64,000 nucleotides of DNA from Trueperaceae bacterium (GCA_034520945.1 JAXHNB010000005.1:288001-352000), one strand, 5' to 3'; positions 9,926-26,194 are shown, numbered from the stretch's first letter. Notes: generated by a model from the letters alone, not told the origin. Made by a program: numbers and translations.

Positions 9926-10312
9926 GGCGCCCCACCCGCACCGGATGCAACGCGGGACGGCCCGGCCGGCCGAGTTCGGCCGGGCCCCGCGCCCAAGATG
10001 CGGGGCGTTCTTGCACGTGGACGACATCGCCGCGTCCTATTTGGTCGTACGCTTGGTATTTGAACTGTTCGCCCGCCTGCTCCCCGTGGAGGTGGACTTG
10101 CGCAGCGCGTCAGAGATCACGGTCTCGTGCACGGACCGAACGGGACCGGCGGTGGAGAGGGGCACGCCTCCCGCCAACCTCTCAGGAACGTCTTCAGGCA
10201 GCGACCGGGCACGCCCGACGGCACATGGCGGGCGGGTATCTCCGTGCGCGCCCGCACCGCGTGACCGGGAAGAGGGGCATCCTACGGCGGTCCCAACGTA
10301 CGCAGCGAAGGG

Positions 10313-13300
10313 GTGACAATGCGCAAGATCGAATCGTTCGGCAGCATTCGTGAGGTCACGGAGCTACCGAACCTCACCAACATCCAGATCACGTCCTACG
10401 AGCATTTCCTGCAACGCGAGCTGGCACCGAATCAACGCGACATGCACGGCCTGCAGGCGGCATTCCGCGAGGTCTTCCCGATCGACGAGACCGAGCGCGG
10501 CCGCCAGACCGGCCTGGTCATCGACTTCCTCGAGTATACCTTGACCGAACCGGAATTCGGCCCGGACGAATGTCGCGAGAAGGACCTCAGCTACCAGGCG
10601 GGCCTGTTCGCCAAGCTCCAGTTGGTGCACAAGGACACCGGCCTGATCAAGGAGGACCAGGTCTTCCTGGGCGACCTTCCCTTGATGACGGAGGATGGCT
10701 CGTTCGTGATCAACGGCGCGGACCGCGTGATCGTGTCGCAGATCCACCGCTCGCCCGGGGTGTACTTCACCAGCACCCTGCGGGGCAGCGGCGCGAAGAG
10801 CCTGACGGCCAGCATCATCCCGATGCCGAAGCGCGGCCCGTGGATCGAGCTCGAGTTCGACAACGCCGGCGTGCTGTGGATGAAGGTGAACAAGCGCAAG
10901 TTCCCGTTCTCGCTGCTGTTGCGCGTCCTCGGCTACGACGACGGGAGCATTCGGGAGCTGTTCGAGGGGAACGCCGCGCTGGTCGACCCGACGTTGGAGG
11001 CGGAGGAGTCGGCCGGCATCACGCCGGAAGAGGCGCTGTTGCGCCTGTTCACCGTGCTTCGGCCCGGCGACCCGCCGAAGGTGGACAAGGCGACCAGCTA
11101 CCTGCACAGCCTGCTGGCCGACCCGCGCCGCTACGATCTCGGCGACGCGGGCCGCTACAAGGTCAACCAGAAGCTGGGTTTGGACTTCGAGGAGAAGACG
11201 CTCCTCGGCTACGAGGACGGCCGCTTCGTCGACTACGGCCTGGTGCCGACCCTGCAGTACCTGATTCGCCTTCAGGCGAATGATGAAGAGGTGGGCGAGG
11301 ACGACATCGACCACCTCGGCAATCGCCGCATCCGCACGGTGGGCGAACTGGTGGCCGATCAGATCCGGGTGGGCCTGGGCCGCATGGCGCGCGGCGTGCG
11401 CGAGCGGATGCTGCTCGGCAACGCGGACGCGGCCACCCCCCAGAAGCTGATCAACAACCGGCCGATCGTCGCGGCGTTGCGGGAGTTCTTCGGCCGAAGT
11501 CAGTTGTCGCAGTTCAAGGACCAGATCAATCCGCTCTCCGAGCTGCGGCACAAGCGGCGCATCTCGGCGCTCGGCCCGGGCGGCCTCACCCGTGAGCGCG
11601 CCGGCTTCGATGTTCGCGACGTGCACCGCACCCACTACGGCCGCATCTGCCCCATCGAGACGCCCGAGGGCGCCAACATCGGGCTGATCACCTCGCTCGC
11701 CAGCTACTCGCGCGTCAACGGGCTCGGCTTCATCGAAGCCCCCTACCGCCGGGTGAAGAACCACAAGGTCAGCGACGAGGTCGTGTACATGACGGCCCAC
11801 GAGGAGGACAAGTACGTCATCGCCCAGGCGAACACGGTCCTCGAGGAGGACGGCTCGTTCCAGAACGAACGGATCGTGGCCAGGGACCGGGGCGAGCCGG
11901 TGTTCGCCTCCTGGGACACCGTCGACTTCATGGACGTGTCGCCGAAGCAGATCATCTCGGTGCCGACCTCGCTGATCCCGTTCCTCGAGCACGACGACGC
12001 CAACCGGGCCTTGATGGGCTCCAACATGCAGTCGCAAGCGGTGCCCCTCGTCAAGGCCGACGCGCCGTACGTCGGGACCGGCGTCGAGGAACGCATCAGT
12101 CTCGACTCCGGCACCTGCCTGGTGGCGATGGAGGCCGGCACGATCAGCTACGTCGACGCCAACATGATCCGCGTCACCAGCGCCAAGGGCGTCGAGCGGG
12201 AGTACGTGCTGACGCGCTTCCAACGCTCGAACCAGAACACCAACCTGGACCAGCACCCCGTCGTGAACCTCGGCGACGAGGTGGCCGAGGGCCAGGTCAT
12301 TGCCGATGGGCCCGCCTCCCAGAACGGCCGATTGGCGCTGGGACAGAACATCCTGATCGCGGTGATGCCGTTCGACGGGTACAACTTCGAGGACGCCATC
12401 GTGCTGTCCGAAGAGCTGGTCCGCAGCGACGCCTACACCTCCGTGCACGTCGAGAAGTTCGAGAAAGAGGCGCGCGAGACCAAGCTGGGCCCCGAGAAGA
12501 TCACCCGAGACATCCCGGGCCTGTCCGAAGCAGCGCTGCGCGACCTGGACGAAGACGGTGTCGTCCGCATCGGCGCCGACGTGAAGCACAACTCGATCCT
12601 GGTGGGGCACACCAGCTTCAAGGGCGAGAAGGATCCCACCCCCGAGGAGCGTCTGCTGCGCTCGATCTTCGGCGAGAAGGCGCGCGAGGTCAAGGACACC
12701 TCGCTGCGCGTCCCGCCCGGCGACAGCGGCGTGGTGCTCCGCACCGTGCGGTTCCGCCGCGGGGACGAAGGGGTCGAGCTCAAACCCGGCGTGCAGGAGA
12801 TGGTGCGCGTCTACCTCGCCCAGAAGCGCCGCCTGATCGAGGGCGACAAGCTGGCGAACCGGCACGGCAACAAGGGCGTCGTCGCCAAGATTCTTCCCCC
12901 CGAGGACATGCCCTACCTCGAGGACGGCACGCCGGTCGACCTGGTGTTCAACCCCCTCGGCGTGCCCAGCCGCATGAACCTCGGGCAGGTGCTCGAGACG
13001 CACCTCGGCTTCGCCGCCTACAAGCACGGCGTCAGCTACGTGACCCCGGTGTTCGACGGCGCGGGCGAGGACCGCATCAAGGACCTGCTGGAAGAGGCGG
13101 TGCGCGGCGACATCGAGGAACGGAACAAGGCCGGCTACCAGCCCGATCGGCGCGAGTTGGAGGTGATCCGACGCGCGGCCAAGCTGGGGGTGCTGGAACA
13201 CGGTCAGGATCCCGAGGATGCCCAGATCGCGCTGGCCCGCTCCGGGAAGTCCGTCCTGTACGACGGCCGCACCGGCGAGGCGATCGACGCGCCCATCGTG

Positions 13301-13696
13301 GTGGGCATCATGTACGTGCTGAAGCTCTACCACATGGTGGAGGACAAGATGCACGCCCGCTCCACGGGCCCCTACAGCCTGATCACGCAGCAGCCGTTGG
13401 GCGGCAAGGCCCAGTTCGGCGGGCAGCGCCTCGGAGAGATGGAGTGCTGGGCGTTGCAGGCCCACGGCGCCGCCCATACGTTGCAGGAGATGCTGACCAT
13501 CAAGTCGGACGATCTGGACGGCCGAAACGCCGCCTACGAGGCGATCGTGAAGGGCAGTGACGTGTTGGAGGCGACCATCCCCGAATCGTTCAAGGTGCTC
13601 GTCAAGGAACTGCACTCGTTGGGCCTGGACGTCAAGGTGCTCGACGCGGACGACACGGCGCTCAGCATCTTCGACGAAGCCGGGCGGCACTGGTGA
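10313..13696 (+). CDS. rpoB: RNA polymerase beta subunit (start may be the ATG at 10319)
   Basis: [51 protein letters not shown]. Confidence 0.99.
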   Translation: MTMRKIESFGSIREVTELPNLTNIQITSYEHFLQRELAPNQRDMHGLQAAFREVFPIDETERGRQTGLVIDFLEYTLTEPEFGPDECREKDLSYQAGLFAKLQLVHKDTGLIKEDQVFLGDLPLMTEDGSFVINGADRVIVSQIHRSPGVYFTSTLRGSGAKSLTASIIPMPKRGPWIELEFDNAGVLWMKVNKRKFPFSLLLRVLGYDDGSIRELFEGNAALVDPTLEAEESAGITPEEALLRLFTVLRPGDPPKVDKATSYLHSLLADPRRYDLGDAGRYKVNQKLGLDFEEKTLLGYEDGRFVDYGLVPTLQYLIRLQANDEEVGEDDIDHLGNRRIRTVGELVADQIRVGLGRMARGVRERMLLGNADAATPQKLINNRPIVAALREFFGRSQLSQFKDQINPLSELRHKRRISALGPGGLTRERAGFDVRDVHRTHYGRICPIETPEGANIGLITSLASYSRVNGLGFIEAPYRRVKNHKVSDEVVYMTAHEEDKYVIAQANTVLEEDGSFQNERIVARDRGEPVFASWDTVDFMDVSPKQIISVPTSLIPFLEHDDANRALMGSNMQSQAVPLVKADAPYVGTGVEERISLDSGTCLVAMEAGTISYVDANMIRVTSAKGVEREYVLTRFQRSNQNTNLDQHPVVNLGDEVAEGQVIADGPASQNGRLALGQNILIAVMPFDGYNFEDAIVLSEELVRSDAYTSVHVEKFEKEARETKLGPEKITRDIPGLSEAALRDLDEDGVVRIGADVKHNSILVGHTSFKGEKDPTPEERLLRSIFGEKAREVKDTSLRVPPGDSGVVLRTVRFRRGDEGVELKPGVQEMVRVYLAQKRRLIEGDKLANRHGNKGVVAKILPPEDMPYLEDGTPVDLVFNPLGVPSRMNLGQVLETHLGFAAYKHGVSYVTPVFDGAGEDRIKDLLEEAVRGDIEERNKAGYQPDRRELEVIRRAAKLGVLEHGQDPEDAQIALARSGKSVLYDGRTGEAIDAPIVVGIMYVLKLYHMVEDKMHARSTGPYSLITQQPLGGKAQFGGQRLGEMECWALQAHGAAHTLQEMLTIKSDDLDGRNAAYEAIVKGSDVLEATIPESFKVLVKELHSLGLDVKVLDADDTALSIFDEAGRHW

Positions 13697-13728
13697 ACGC
13701 GCGTTCGAACACGTTCGAAGGGACACGC

Positions 13729-18312
<4,584 letters not shown>

Positions 18313-18344
18313 TGGAGGCGGCGGCGCCGGCCCGCGCGGGTCGG

Positions 18345-18372
18345 CGCCTACGTAGAACGCCTACGTAGAACG
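18345..18372. repeat. 13-bp tandem duplication (CGCCTACGTAGAA)x2
   Basis: Exact direct repeat with palindromic core CTACGTAG in the intergenic region after rpoC. Confidence 0.85.
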
Positions 18373-18431
18373 TCGATGTCGAACGCGGCCCGCCCGGATT
18401 CCGGGCGGGCCGCCGGCGTGTAGGCTGCGGC

Positions 18432-18893
18432 GTGGCCGATTCGCGTCCCCCTCCGGCCGACGAGGCGCGCCACGAGGGCGCGGCCGCGCGTGAGCGTCTC
18501 GTGGCGGCGTTCGATCCGGGCCGCAACGTGGGGTTCGCGCTGGTGGACGTGCGCGGCCAGGCCCTCCGGCTGGCGGTCCTGCGACGCGAGGAGGTGGCCA
18601 CCGTGGCCCTGCCCAGCGAGGCCGTCGTGGTCGTCGGCGCAGGGACCGGTCGCCGCGACGTTCTGGCGGCGTTGCGCCAGCGCGGCCTGGAGCCCCGGCT
18701 GGTGGACGAGCGCGGCACCAGCCTCGAGGGGTTGAGGTTGTGGCGCCGGCACGCGGCGGCGCGCGGTCTGACGCGGCTGCTGCCCGCGGCGCTGCGCACG
18801 CCGGCGCGTCCGATCGACGACCATGCCGCCTGGGCGATCGCGCTCCGCTACCTGGCCCAACGGCGAGCCGACCCGGAACAGGGGGCAGGGTGA
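18432..18893 (+). CDS. Stand-alone YqgF/RuvX/Tex-like RNase H-fold protein
   Basis: AFDPGRNVGFALVD, VVVGAGTG, VDERGTSLEG, IDDHAAWAIA; TAGGCT -10 box 5 nt upstream of the GTG. Confidence 0.72.
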   Translation: MADSRPPPADEARHEGAAARERLVAAFDPGRNVGFALVDVRGQALRLAVLRREEVATVALPSEAVVVVGAGTGRRDVLAALRQRGLEPRLVDERGTSLEGLRLWRRHAAARGLTRLLPAALRTPARPIDDHAAWAIALRYLAQRRADPEQGAG

Positions 18894-18919
18894 GGCGACC
18901 CGCGCGCCGGCACGAACGA

Positions 18920-18948
18920 ACGCCCCCCGGACCGTGTCCGGGGGGCGT
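18920..18948. terminator. Hairpin between convergent genes
   Basis: ACGCCCCCCGGAC-CGT-GTCCGGGGGGCGT. Confidence 0.6.
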
Positions 18949-18971
18949 GTGCCGCGGTGCGCATCGGCACC

Positions 18972-19481
18972 TCAGTTCAGGACTTCGTCTTCGCTGACTT
19001 CCATCATGGCGCGCGCTTCGTCGGTGCTCACGTCGAGGACGGCGCTGATCTCGCCGGCCAAGAGACGCAACGCCCGCCGGTAGGCCTGCCGGTCCAGGTC
19101 GGGAAGGCCCCGCTCCAGATCCCAGCGGCGCAGTTCGCTGGCGAGGGTGGCGATCTGGTAGGGATCGCCGCTGGTGAGGATGTCGGTGACGCGGCGGTGG
19201 CGTGCCGCCCACTGCTTCGGCAGGTTGATCCGCCCGTTGGAGAGGCGTTCGAGGACGCTGTGAACCTCGTCCTCGGTCAGCGCCGCCCGCAGCCCCGCCT
19301 CTTGCGGTGCATGGACGGGCACGTATGCGCGTGAGGTACCGTTCGGAAACTCTACCTGGTAGTACTGCAAATCAGTACCCGCCACGGTCTTGGTGGTGGT
19401 TCCGGAGACGATCCCCACGCCGTAGGGTGGGAGGACGACCTGATCACCGTTCTCGAAGTCCTTGCTACGGGTGTCCATCAA
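18972..19481 (-). CDS. carD: CarD family transcription factor (Thermus CarD-like)
   Basis: FENGDQVVLPPYGVG, YYQVEFP..SRAYVPV, LPKQWAARHR (conserved Trp), GLPDLDRQA. Confidence 0.93.
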   Translation of the reverse strand: MMDTRSKDFENGDQVVLPPYGVGIVSGTTTKTVAGTDLQYYQVEFPNGTSRAYVPVHAPQEAGLRAALTEDEVHSVLERLSNGRINLPKQWAARHRRVTDILTSGDPYQIATLASELRRWDLERGLPDLDRQAYRRALRLLAGEISAVLDVSTDEARAMMEVSEDEVLN

Positions 19482-19646
19482 TGCGGCTGCTCCTTTTCCA
19501 CCCCGTGCGACGGCGACGGTCCATGCCGCACGTCACCGCCTGGGCGGTGCCGGGAATTCCTGACTTCACTGTGCGAGGGGGGTCGCGTGCCGGTGGGCCT
19601 CTCGGGGGAATCCGCGACCGCAATCACGGTGGTCATTGTAGCAGAT

Positions 19647-21111
<1,465 letters not shown>

Positions 21112-21145
21112 GCTGGCGCCGACCAGAGACCGGGCACGCCGCGGC

Positions 21146-21505
21146 TCATGCCCGCAGCATGCGCCAGGCCAGCACGCCCCATCCCGCGATCATCATGGCG
21201 CCGCCCACGGGCGCGACGGCCCCGAACGCCCCGGCGTCGGTGAGGATCAGCAGGTAGAGGGCCCCGCCGAACGTCAGGCTGCCGGCCAGCAACAGGGGCG
21301 CCGCCGCGCGGGCGGGCGGCGGCAGGACGGACACCAGCAGCAGGGCGAGGCCATGGAGCTGCAGGTAGCGCGTCGCCGTGTCGAACGTTTCCAGCCGGTC
21401 CGGGGGCAGGGCGGGCGCCAGGAGGTGCGCGCCGACCGCGCCCAGCGCGACCGCCAGGCCGGCGAGCAGCGCGCCGGTCGCCGCCCAACCCTGCGCGGCG
21501 GTCAC
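21146..21505 (-). CDS. DUF423 family membrane protein
   Basis: ALGAVGAH, FDTATRYLQLHGLALL, GAVAPVGG. Confidence 0.85.
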   Translation of the reverse strand: MTAAQGWAATGALLAGLAVALGAVGAHLLAPALPPDRLETFDTATRYLQLHGLALLLVSVLPPPARAAAPLLLAGSLTFGGALYLLILTDAGAFGAVAPVGGAMMIAGWGVLAWRMLRA

Positions 21506-21533
21506 GGTGCGGGCGGGGCGAGGCGGGCGCGGT

Positions 21534-23594
21534 TCAGCGCCCGCCACCACCGCCACCCCCTCCGCCGCCGCCCCCGCCACTGGAGGAGCCGCCCGAGGAG
21601 GCGGAGGCCGAGGCGCTGGACAGGGCGCTGGACACCGAACGGGCGGCTTGCGACACGCTGGCCAGGTTGGTGGCGGCCGATGCGCCCGTGCCCATCCATG
21701 CGGCCTGGCGCGCCATCTGCCGGTCGTCCAAGCCGCGTTCGGGCGCGGCCCGCTCCAGCGTCTTCAGGTAGCGCTCGCTCACGCCGAGCGCGGCGGCGTA
21801 CGAGAAGTAGCGGTCCCACAGGCCGAAGAAGTCGTTGGGGGCGTCCTTCATGATGGTGTAGTCGCTCAGGGTGCGCCTGAACCCCTTCCAGCCGGCTACC
21901 TCCGTGGCGATCTCGGGCCGCCAGGACGGCAGCGCCTGTCCGGCCGCGATCACCGCGACGATCGACGCGCCCGCGAGTCCGAAGCTGATGGGCGCCGCCT
22001 GCCCATCGGCCACCAGGAAGGCCCAGCCAAATGCGACCGCGCCCACGGCGAGCCCCTTGAGCCCCCACGCATTCGCCGCCTCGCGACTCTCCTTGGTGGT
22101 GAGCGGGCCGCCGCGGGTCTCCTCGACGCGCTTGCGCACCTTGCCCGCCCAGCGCTTGACGAACTTCTTGCGTCGCTTGGCGTACGACTTCAACTCGCCC
22201 AGCGTCATCTCCAGGTCCTCGCCGCGCCGGTGTTGGGTGGCGGCCTTGCGGATGTGCGTTAGCGCCTCCTCCTCGTAAGGCCGAAGCGGCTCGTCCTGCG
22301 CGATACGCGCGGCCTCCTCCTCGTTCGGGAGGATCACCTTGAAGTTGCGTCCCTCGCCATCGAAGCGGACGTGGCCCCGCCGCGCCAGCTCCATGAGCAT
22401 GGCCGAGAACGCGTCGCTGGCTTTCTGCCCCTGCCAGCGCTGGTGGAGGAACACCGCGACCTCGGGCGGGTTCAGGTCGGAGGGCGGTTCGAAGGGGTAC
22501 TTCATGCCGTCGGTCTTCGGCTCGCGGCCGACCCGCCGGTAGGCGCGCCACACGCCCTGGGCCAACCACGCCAGCGCCAACAGCGGCGGCAGGGCGGCGA
22601 GGGGGTGTCGTCGGGCGCGGTCGAGGGCGCTGCGTCGCACGTAGGTGCGCTCGGCGCTGCCGATGGTGTCGTTGTCGGCGTAGGCCAGGACCGTGACCCG
22701 CGTCTCGCCCATGCCGACCGGGCCGACCTCGCAGCGGAAGTCGGTGGTTCCCTCGCAGTCGACCGACGTGCCCCCGGCCGGCGTGGCGGTGACGCGCGTG
22801 ATGGTCGCGTTCCCTGGGTTGGCCTCGCCCTGGACCACGACGGTGTCGCCCGACACCTCGGTGGCGTCCTCGAGGTACACCTTGGGCGAGCCGGGCACGT
22901 CGATGTTGGCGATGGCGGCCTCGTCCTGGAGGTAGGCCTCGAGCATGCGGCCCTGGCCGCTCACCTCGAACAGGTCGGGGGGCATCAGGTAGCGGATCTC
23001 GACCCCTTCGCCGGCGGGGATCCGCTCGAAGCCCACCTCCAGCCGGTCGCGATCATTGGACAAATTCACGGTCGGTTCTTCGGGGTTGTCGAAGCGGTGC
23101 ACGAACGCGTCGAAGGGCGCCTCGGCGGGACCGGGGGTGGTGACGGTGAGCTGGTAGCCGCGCAAGGGGGGGTTTTCGGTGCCGTAGATCTGCCAGTACC
23201 ACTGCACCACGTCGTCGTGCACCTGCAGCGCGCCGTCGAGCCGGTACTGGAAGCGCACGCGGCGTTCGCTGACGCGTTCGTCCTGTTCGATCACCATTTC
23301 GGTGCCGGCGGCGCCGGACTCGCACGCCTGGGTGTAGGCGCGCGCGCCCGGGCCGTCACTCACGGCGCCGCTGCCGTCCAGCAGCGTGAGATCGATGTCG
23401 GGGGCGTGCTGGACGCAGAGGAACGCTTCGCCGAAGTCCTCGTCGGTCCAGAGCGTGCGCACGTCGTCGACGACGACGCTGCCGTCGCTACGGATGTCCA
23501 CGGTCTGCTCCACGTCGCGCCACTCGAAGCGTGCCTGGGCGAGGGTGGCGAGAACGGCGACGGCGAGGACGAGCAGGAAGCGGGCGTACGGCAT
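21534..23594 (-). CDS. DUF2207 family membrane protein
   Basis: Signal peptide, VDIRSDGSVVV beta-domain, TM helices, WKGFRRTL, WDRYFSYAAALGV, S/G-rich tail. Confidence 0.85.
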   Translation of the reverse strand: MPYARFLLVLAVAVLATLAQARFEWRDVEQTVDIRSDGSVVVDDVRTLWTDEDFGEAFLCVQHAPDIDLTLLDGSGAVSDGPGARAYTQACESGAAGTEMVIEQDERVSERRVRFQYRLDGALQVHDDVVQWYWQIYGTENPPLRGYQLTVTTPGPAEAPFDAFVHRFDNPEEPTVNLSNDRDRLEVGFERIPAGEGVEIRYLMPPDLFEVSGQGRMLEAYLQDEAAIANIDVPGSPKVYLEDATEVSGDTVVVQGEANPGNATITRVTATPAGGTSVDCEGTTDFRCEVGPVGMGETRVTVLAYADNDTIGSAERTYVRRSALDRARRHPLAALPPLLALAWLAQGVWRAYRRVGREPKTDGMKYPFEPPSDLNPPEVAVFLHQRWQGQKASDAFSAMLMELARRGHVRFDGEGRNFKVILPNEEEAARIAQDEPLRPYEEEALTHIRKAATQHRRGEDLEMTLGELKSYAKRRKKFVKRWAGKVRKRVEETRGGPLTTKESREAANAWGLKGLAVGAVAFGWAFLVADGQAAPISFGLAGASIVAVIAAGQALPSWRPEIATEVAGWKGFRRTLSDYTIMKDAPNDFFGLWDRYFSYAAALGVSERYLKTLERAAPERGLDDRQMARQAAWMGTGASAATNLASVSQAARSVSSALSSASASASSGGSSSGGGGGGGGGGGGGR

Positions 23595-23643
23595 GGATCG
23601 ACCTCCTTGCGGGGGATGCGGTGAAGCAGCGACGTGGGCGAGC

Positions 23644-24828
23644 TCAGGGTGCCGGGAAGGCCTCTCCGGTGACCGCGCCGCCCGAGCCGAGCGCGCCGAT
23701 CGATTCCCCGTCGACGATGACCTCGAGGCCGCCGGCGTTGCCGACGTGCAGGTATACGGGGCGCGAGAACTCGAAGCGCTCTCCGGGTTGGGCGGTGGTG
23801 TAGGCGAGGCGTTCCCCTTCGCCGCGGGACGTGCTCTGGTACGCCTCGAGCCAGCTTGCCTCGTTGACGATCACCACGACACCGCTCGGGTCGCCGGCCG
23901 CGATGGCGCCCTCACTGCCGCCTTCTGCCTCGGACTCGGGCGTAAGCGTGACGGACAGGCTGCGATCGGTGGAGAGATCGACGGCGTCCTCGAACGGTTG
24001 GTAGCCCTCGCGGGTCACGCGGACGGTGCGGGCCTCCCGTGCCGTGACGGGGACGTCCTCGATCGGCGTCGTCCCCGGAAGCGGGAAGGCGTCCACGGTT
24101 ACTTCGGCGCCCGGTGGGTCGCTGGTGACGGAGAACAGCACCTCGTCGGGAAGGGCGTCGCCGCCCGGCAGGGCCGGCGCCGCCGGCCCGTCCTCCGCGG
24201 ACGCGTCAGGGACTCCGTTCCCGTCGGCCCCCTGCGGCTCCTGTCCCTCCTCGGCGGTCGGGGTCGACACCGGGCCGGACGGCTGGAACAACAACTCGTT
24301 GAACCCCCACACGGCCAGCCCGACCAGCGCGCCGGCCAGGACCAGCGTCATCAGGAGCGGCCCGACCTGCCGCACCATGGCACGGGCCCGGCCCGTGTCG
24401 CGACGAGGCGCCGCCGAGCGGCGCGCCCTTCGCGGTGCCGCGTCCTGAGGGGGGGTGGACCCCACCTCGCCCGTGTTGTTGGCGGGCGCCTCGCCGCTGG
24501 GCGAGGGCCGTGCGGTTTGCGCGTCGGCCTGCGCGTGCGCTTGCCCGCTCGCGGGGGGCCCGTGCTGGGCCGCTTTGGCGGCGTCGTAGCGTGTCAGGGC
24601 ATCCTGCACGTCGATGCCGACAGCGCGTGCGTACAGCCGCAGGAAGTTGCGTGCGTACACGTCTTCGGGCAGGGCGGCGAAGTCCTCGTTCTCGAGCGCT
24701 TCGAGATAGCTGGCGCGCACGTGCGTACGCGTCGACACCTCGTCGAGCTCGAGGCCGGCACGCGTGCGCGCGTCGCGAAGCAGAGAGCTCAGGCCGTGGC
24801 CCGTGGGCGTGGCGTCGTCAGGACTCAT
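23644..24828 (-). CDS. RodZ-like protein (HTH, TM helix, PEGA-like domain, DUF4115)
   Basis: LLRDARTRAGLELDEVSTRTHVRASYLEALE..LPEDVYARNFLRLYA; single TM; C-terminal SWLEAY...VGNAGGLEVIVDG. Confidence 0.85.
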   Translation of the reverse strand: MSPDDATPTGHGLSSLLRDARTRAGLELDEVSTRTHVRASYLEALENEDFAALPEDVYARNFLRLYARAVGIDVQDALTRYDAAKAAQHGPPASGQAHAQADAQTARPSPSGEAPANNTGEVGSTPPQDAAPRRARRSAAPRRDTGRARAMVRQVGPLLMTLVLAGALVGLAVWGFNELLFQPSGPVSTPTAEEGQEPQGADGNGVPDASAEDGPAAPALPGGDALPDEVLFSVTSDPPGAEVTVDAFPLPGTTPIEDVPVTAREARTVRVTREGYQPFEDAVDLSTDRSLSVTLTPESEAEGGSEGAIAAGDPSGVVVIVNEASWLEAYQSTSRGEGERLAYTTAQPGERFEFSRPVYLHVGNAGGLEVIVDGESIGALGSGGAVTGEAFPAP

Positions 24829-25730
24829 ACGGAAACTCCGATTCCGCCCGGGGCGAGTGCGTGGGCGATCGCTGCGGCGAGCGAGGCGTTTTCTTCGAGC
24901 AACCGAACGTTGACGCGGACGGTTTCGCCGCCCGACAGCTCGGCCAGGGCGGACAACAAATAGGGCGTCGCGTCCTTGCCGCGCACGCCCGCGGCCGCGG
25001 CGTTCTCGTGCGCCGTGGCGAGCCAGGCGCGCATGCGTTCGGGCGCGATGCCCTCCGACACCGGGTTGCTGATCAGAACGCCGGCCGGGAGTCGGAGCGC
25101 TCGTTGGGTGCGAATGATCGCCGCGAGTGCGTCCGGTTCGTCGGCGCGGGCGGCGAGGGGCAGATCGGTCGTGCGGACGTGGAAGCCGGCCAGGTGATCG
25201 GATCGGTAGCCGATGGTGGGCACGCCGTGACTCTCGAGGCGTTCCAGCGTGGCGCTCGCGTCCAGGATGCTCTTGGGGCCCGAGCATACCACGGCGAGAG
25301 GGGTGCGTGACAGCGCCAGCAGGTCGGCCGATTCGTCGAACGGAGCCTCGTGCACGCCCCCGATCCCGCCGGTCGCCAACACGGACGCGCCGGCGAGGGC
25401 GGCGGCGTGCAGGGTGGTCGCCACCGTGGTGCCGGCGTCGCCCCCGCGCGCGCAGATGGCGGCGAGGTTCCAGGGCGACGCCTTGTCGGCGTCGCCGCTG
25501 GCCAGGCGTTCCAGCTCGTCCGCGTCGAGGCCGACGACCAGGGTGCCTGCCACCACGCCGATCGTGGCCGGGACGGCGCCGGCGTCCTGCACCGCCGCTT
25601 CGAGGCGGTGGGCGAGTGCGAGGTTCTCCGGTCTGGGAAGCCCGTGCGTGACGACGGTCGACTCGAGCGCGACGAGAGCGCCACCCGCGTCGCGCGCCTC
25701 GAGAACGTGCGGGGCGATGCGCAACTCCAC
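24825..25730 (-). CDS. psuG: Pseudouridine-5'-phosphate glycosidase
   Basis: VALESTVVTHGLPRPEN, GTTVATT, ATGGIGGVH, DESADL, GKDATPYLL. Start is either GTG 25730 (TATCAT -10 box 7 nt upstream) or ATG 25739. Confidence 0.92.
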   Translation of the reverse strand: MELRIAPHVLEARDAGGALVALESTVVTHGLPRPENLALAHRLEAAVQDAGAVPATIGVVAGTLVVGLDADELERLASGDADKASPWNLAAICARGGDAGTTVATTLHAAALAGASVLATGGIGGVHEAPFDESADLLALSRTPLAVVCSGPKSILDASATLERLESHGVPTIGYRSDHLAGFHVRTTDLPLAARADEPDALAAIIRTQRALRLPAGVLISNPVSEGIAPERMRAWLATAHENAAAAGVRGKDATPYLLSALAELSGGETVRVNVRLLEENASLAAAIAHALAPGGIGVSV

Positions 25731-25807
25731 GGGCGCCATGATAGCGCACCCGCATGAGGAGTCCGCGGCGCGCCGGCGAAGTGCGCACCGTGCTAAGGTC
25801 GCTCGTC

Positions 25808-26137
25808 GTGGACGTGCCCGACCTCTCCTCGGTCCTTCCCGCCCTGGAGCAGCTCGGCTTCGGGGCGGTGGCCGGGTTCGTCGCCGGGTACGCGCTCAAG
25901 AAGGTGGGCAAGCTCGCCGCCGTGGTGGTCGGCCTGTTCTTCGTCGGCGTGCAGCTCTTGGCGTGGGCCGGCTACCTCACCATCGAGTGGGGCCGGGTGC
26001 GCGCCGAGGTCGAGCCGTTGCTGGCGCCGTCGTCGCTGAACGAGGCCTGGCACGCCCTGGTGTCCGTTCTGACGTACAACGTGCCGTTCGCGGCGGCGTT
26101 CGTGCCGGGCTTCCTGCTGGGGATGCGCCGCGGCTGA
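25808..26137 (+). CDS. FUN14 family membrane protein
   Basis: QLGFGAVAGFVAGYALKKVGK...QLLAWAGYLTIEW...FVPGFLLG. Confidence 0.85.
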   Translation: MDVPDLSSVLPALEQLGFGAVAGFVAGYALKKVGKLAAVVVGLFFVGVQLLAWAGYLTIEWGRVRAEVEPLLAPSSLNEAWHALVSVLTYNVPFAAAFVPGFLLGMRRG

Positions 26138-26173
26138 GGCCCGCACGCCGGCCGGCGAGCGGGGCTGATAAGA

Positions 26174-26194
26174 TCTGAGCACGCATCACTCAAG
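26174..26194. promoter_or_regulatory. HAIR-like (HspR) operator upstream of groESL
   Basis: TCTGAGC-N7-ACTCAAG versus consensus CTTGAGT-N7-ACTCAAG: right arm 7/7, left arm 4/7, correct spacing. Confidence 0.6.

Noticed and set aside
10153..10190. GGAGAG...AACCTCTCAGG resembling a glycine riboswitch
   Set aside because: Lacks the CCGAAG element and the P2/P3 length, and the downstream gene (rpoB) is implausible. More likely a simple stem.
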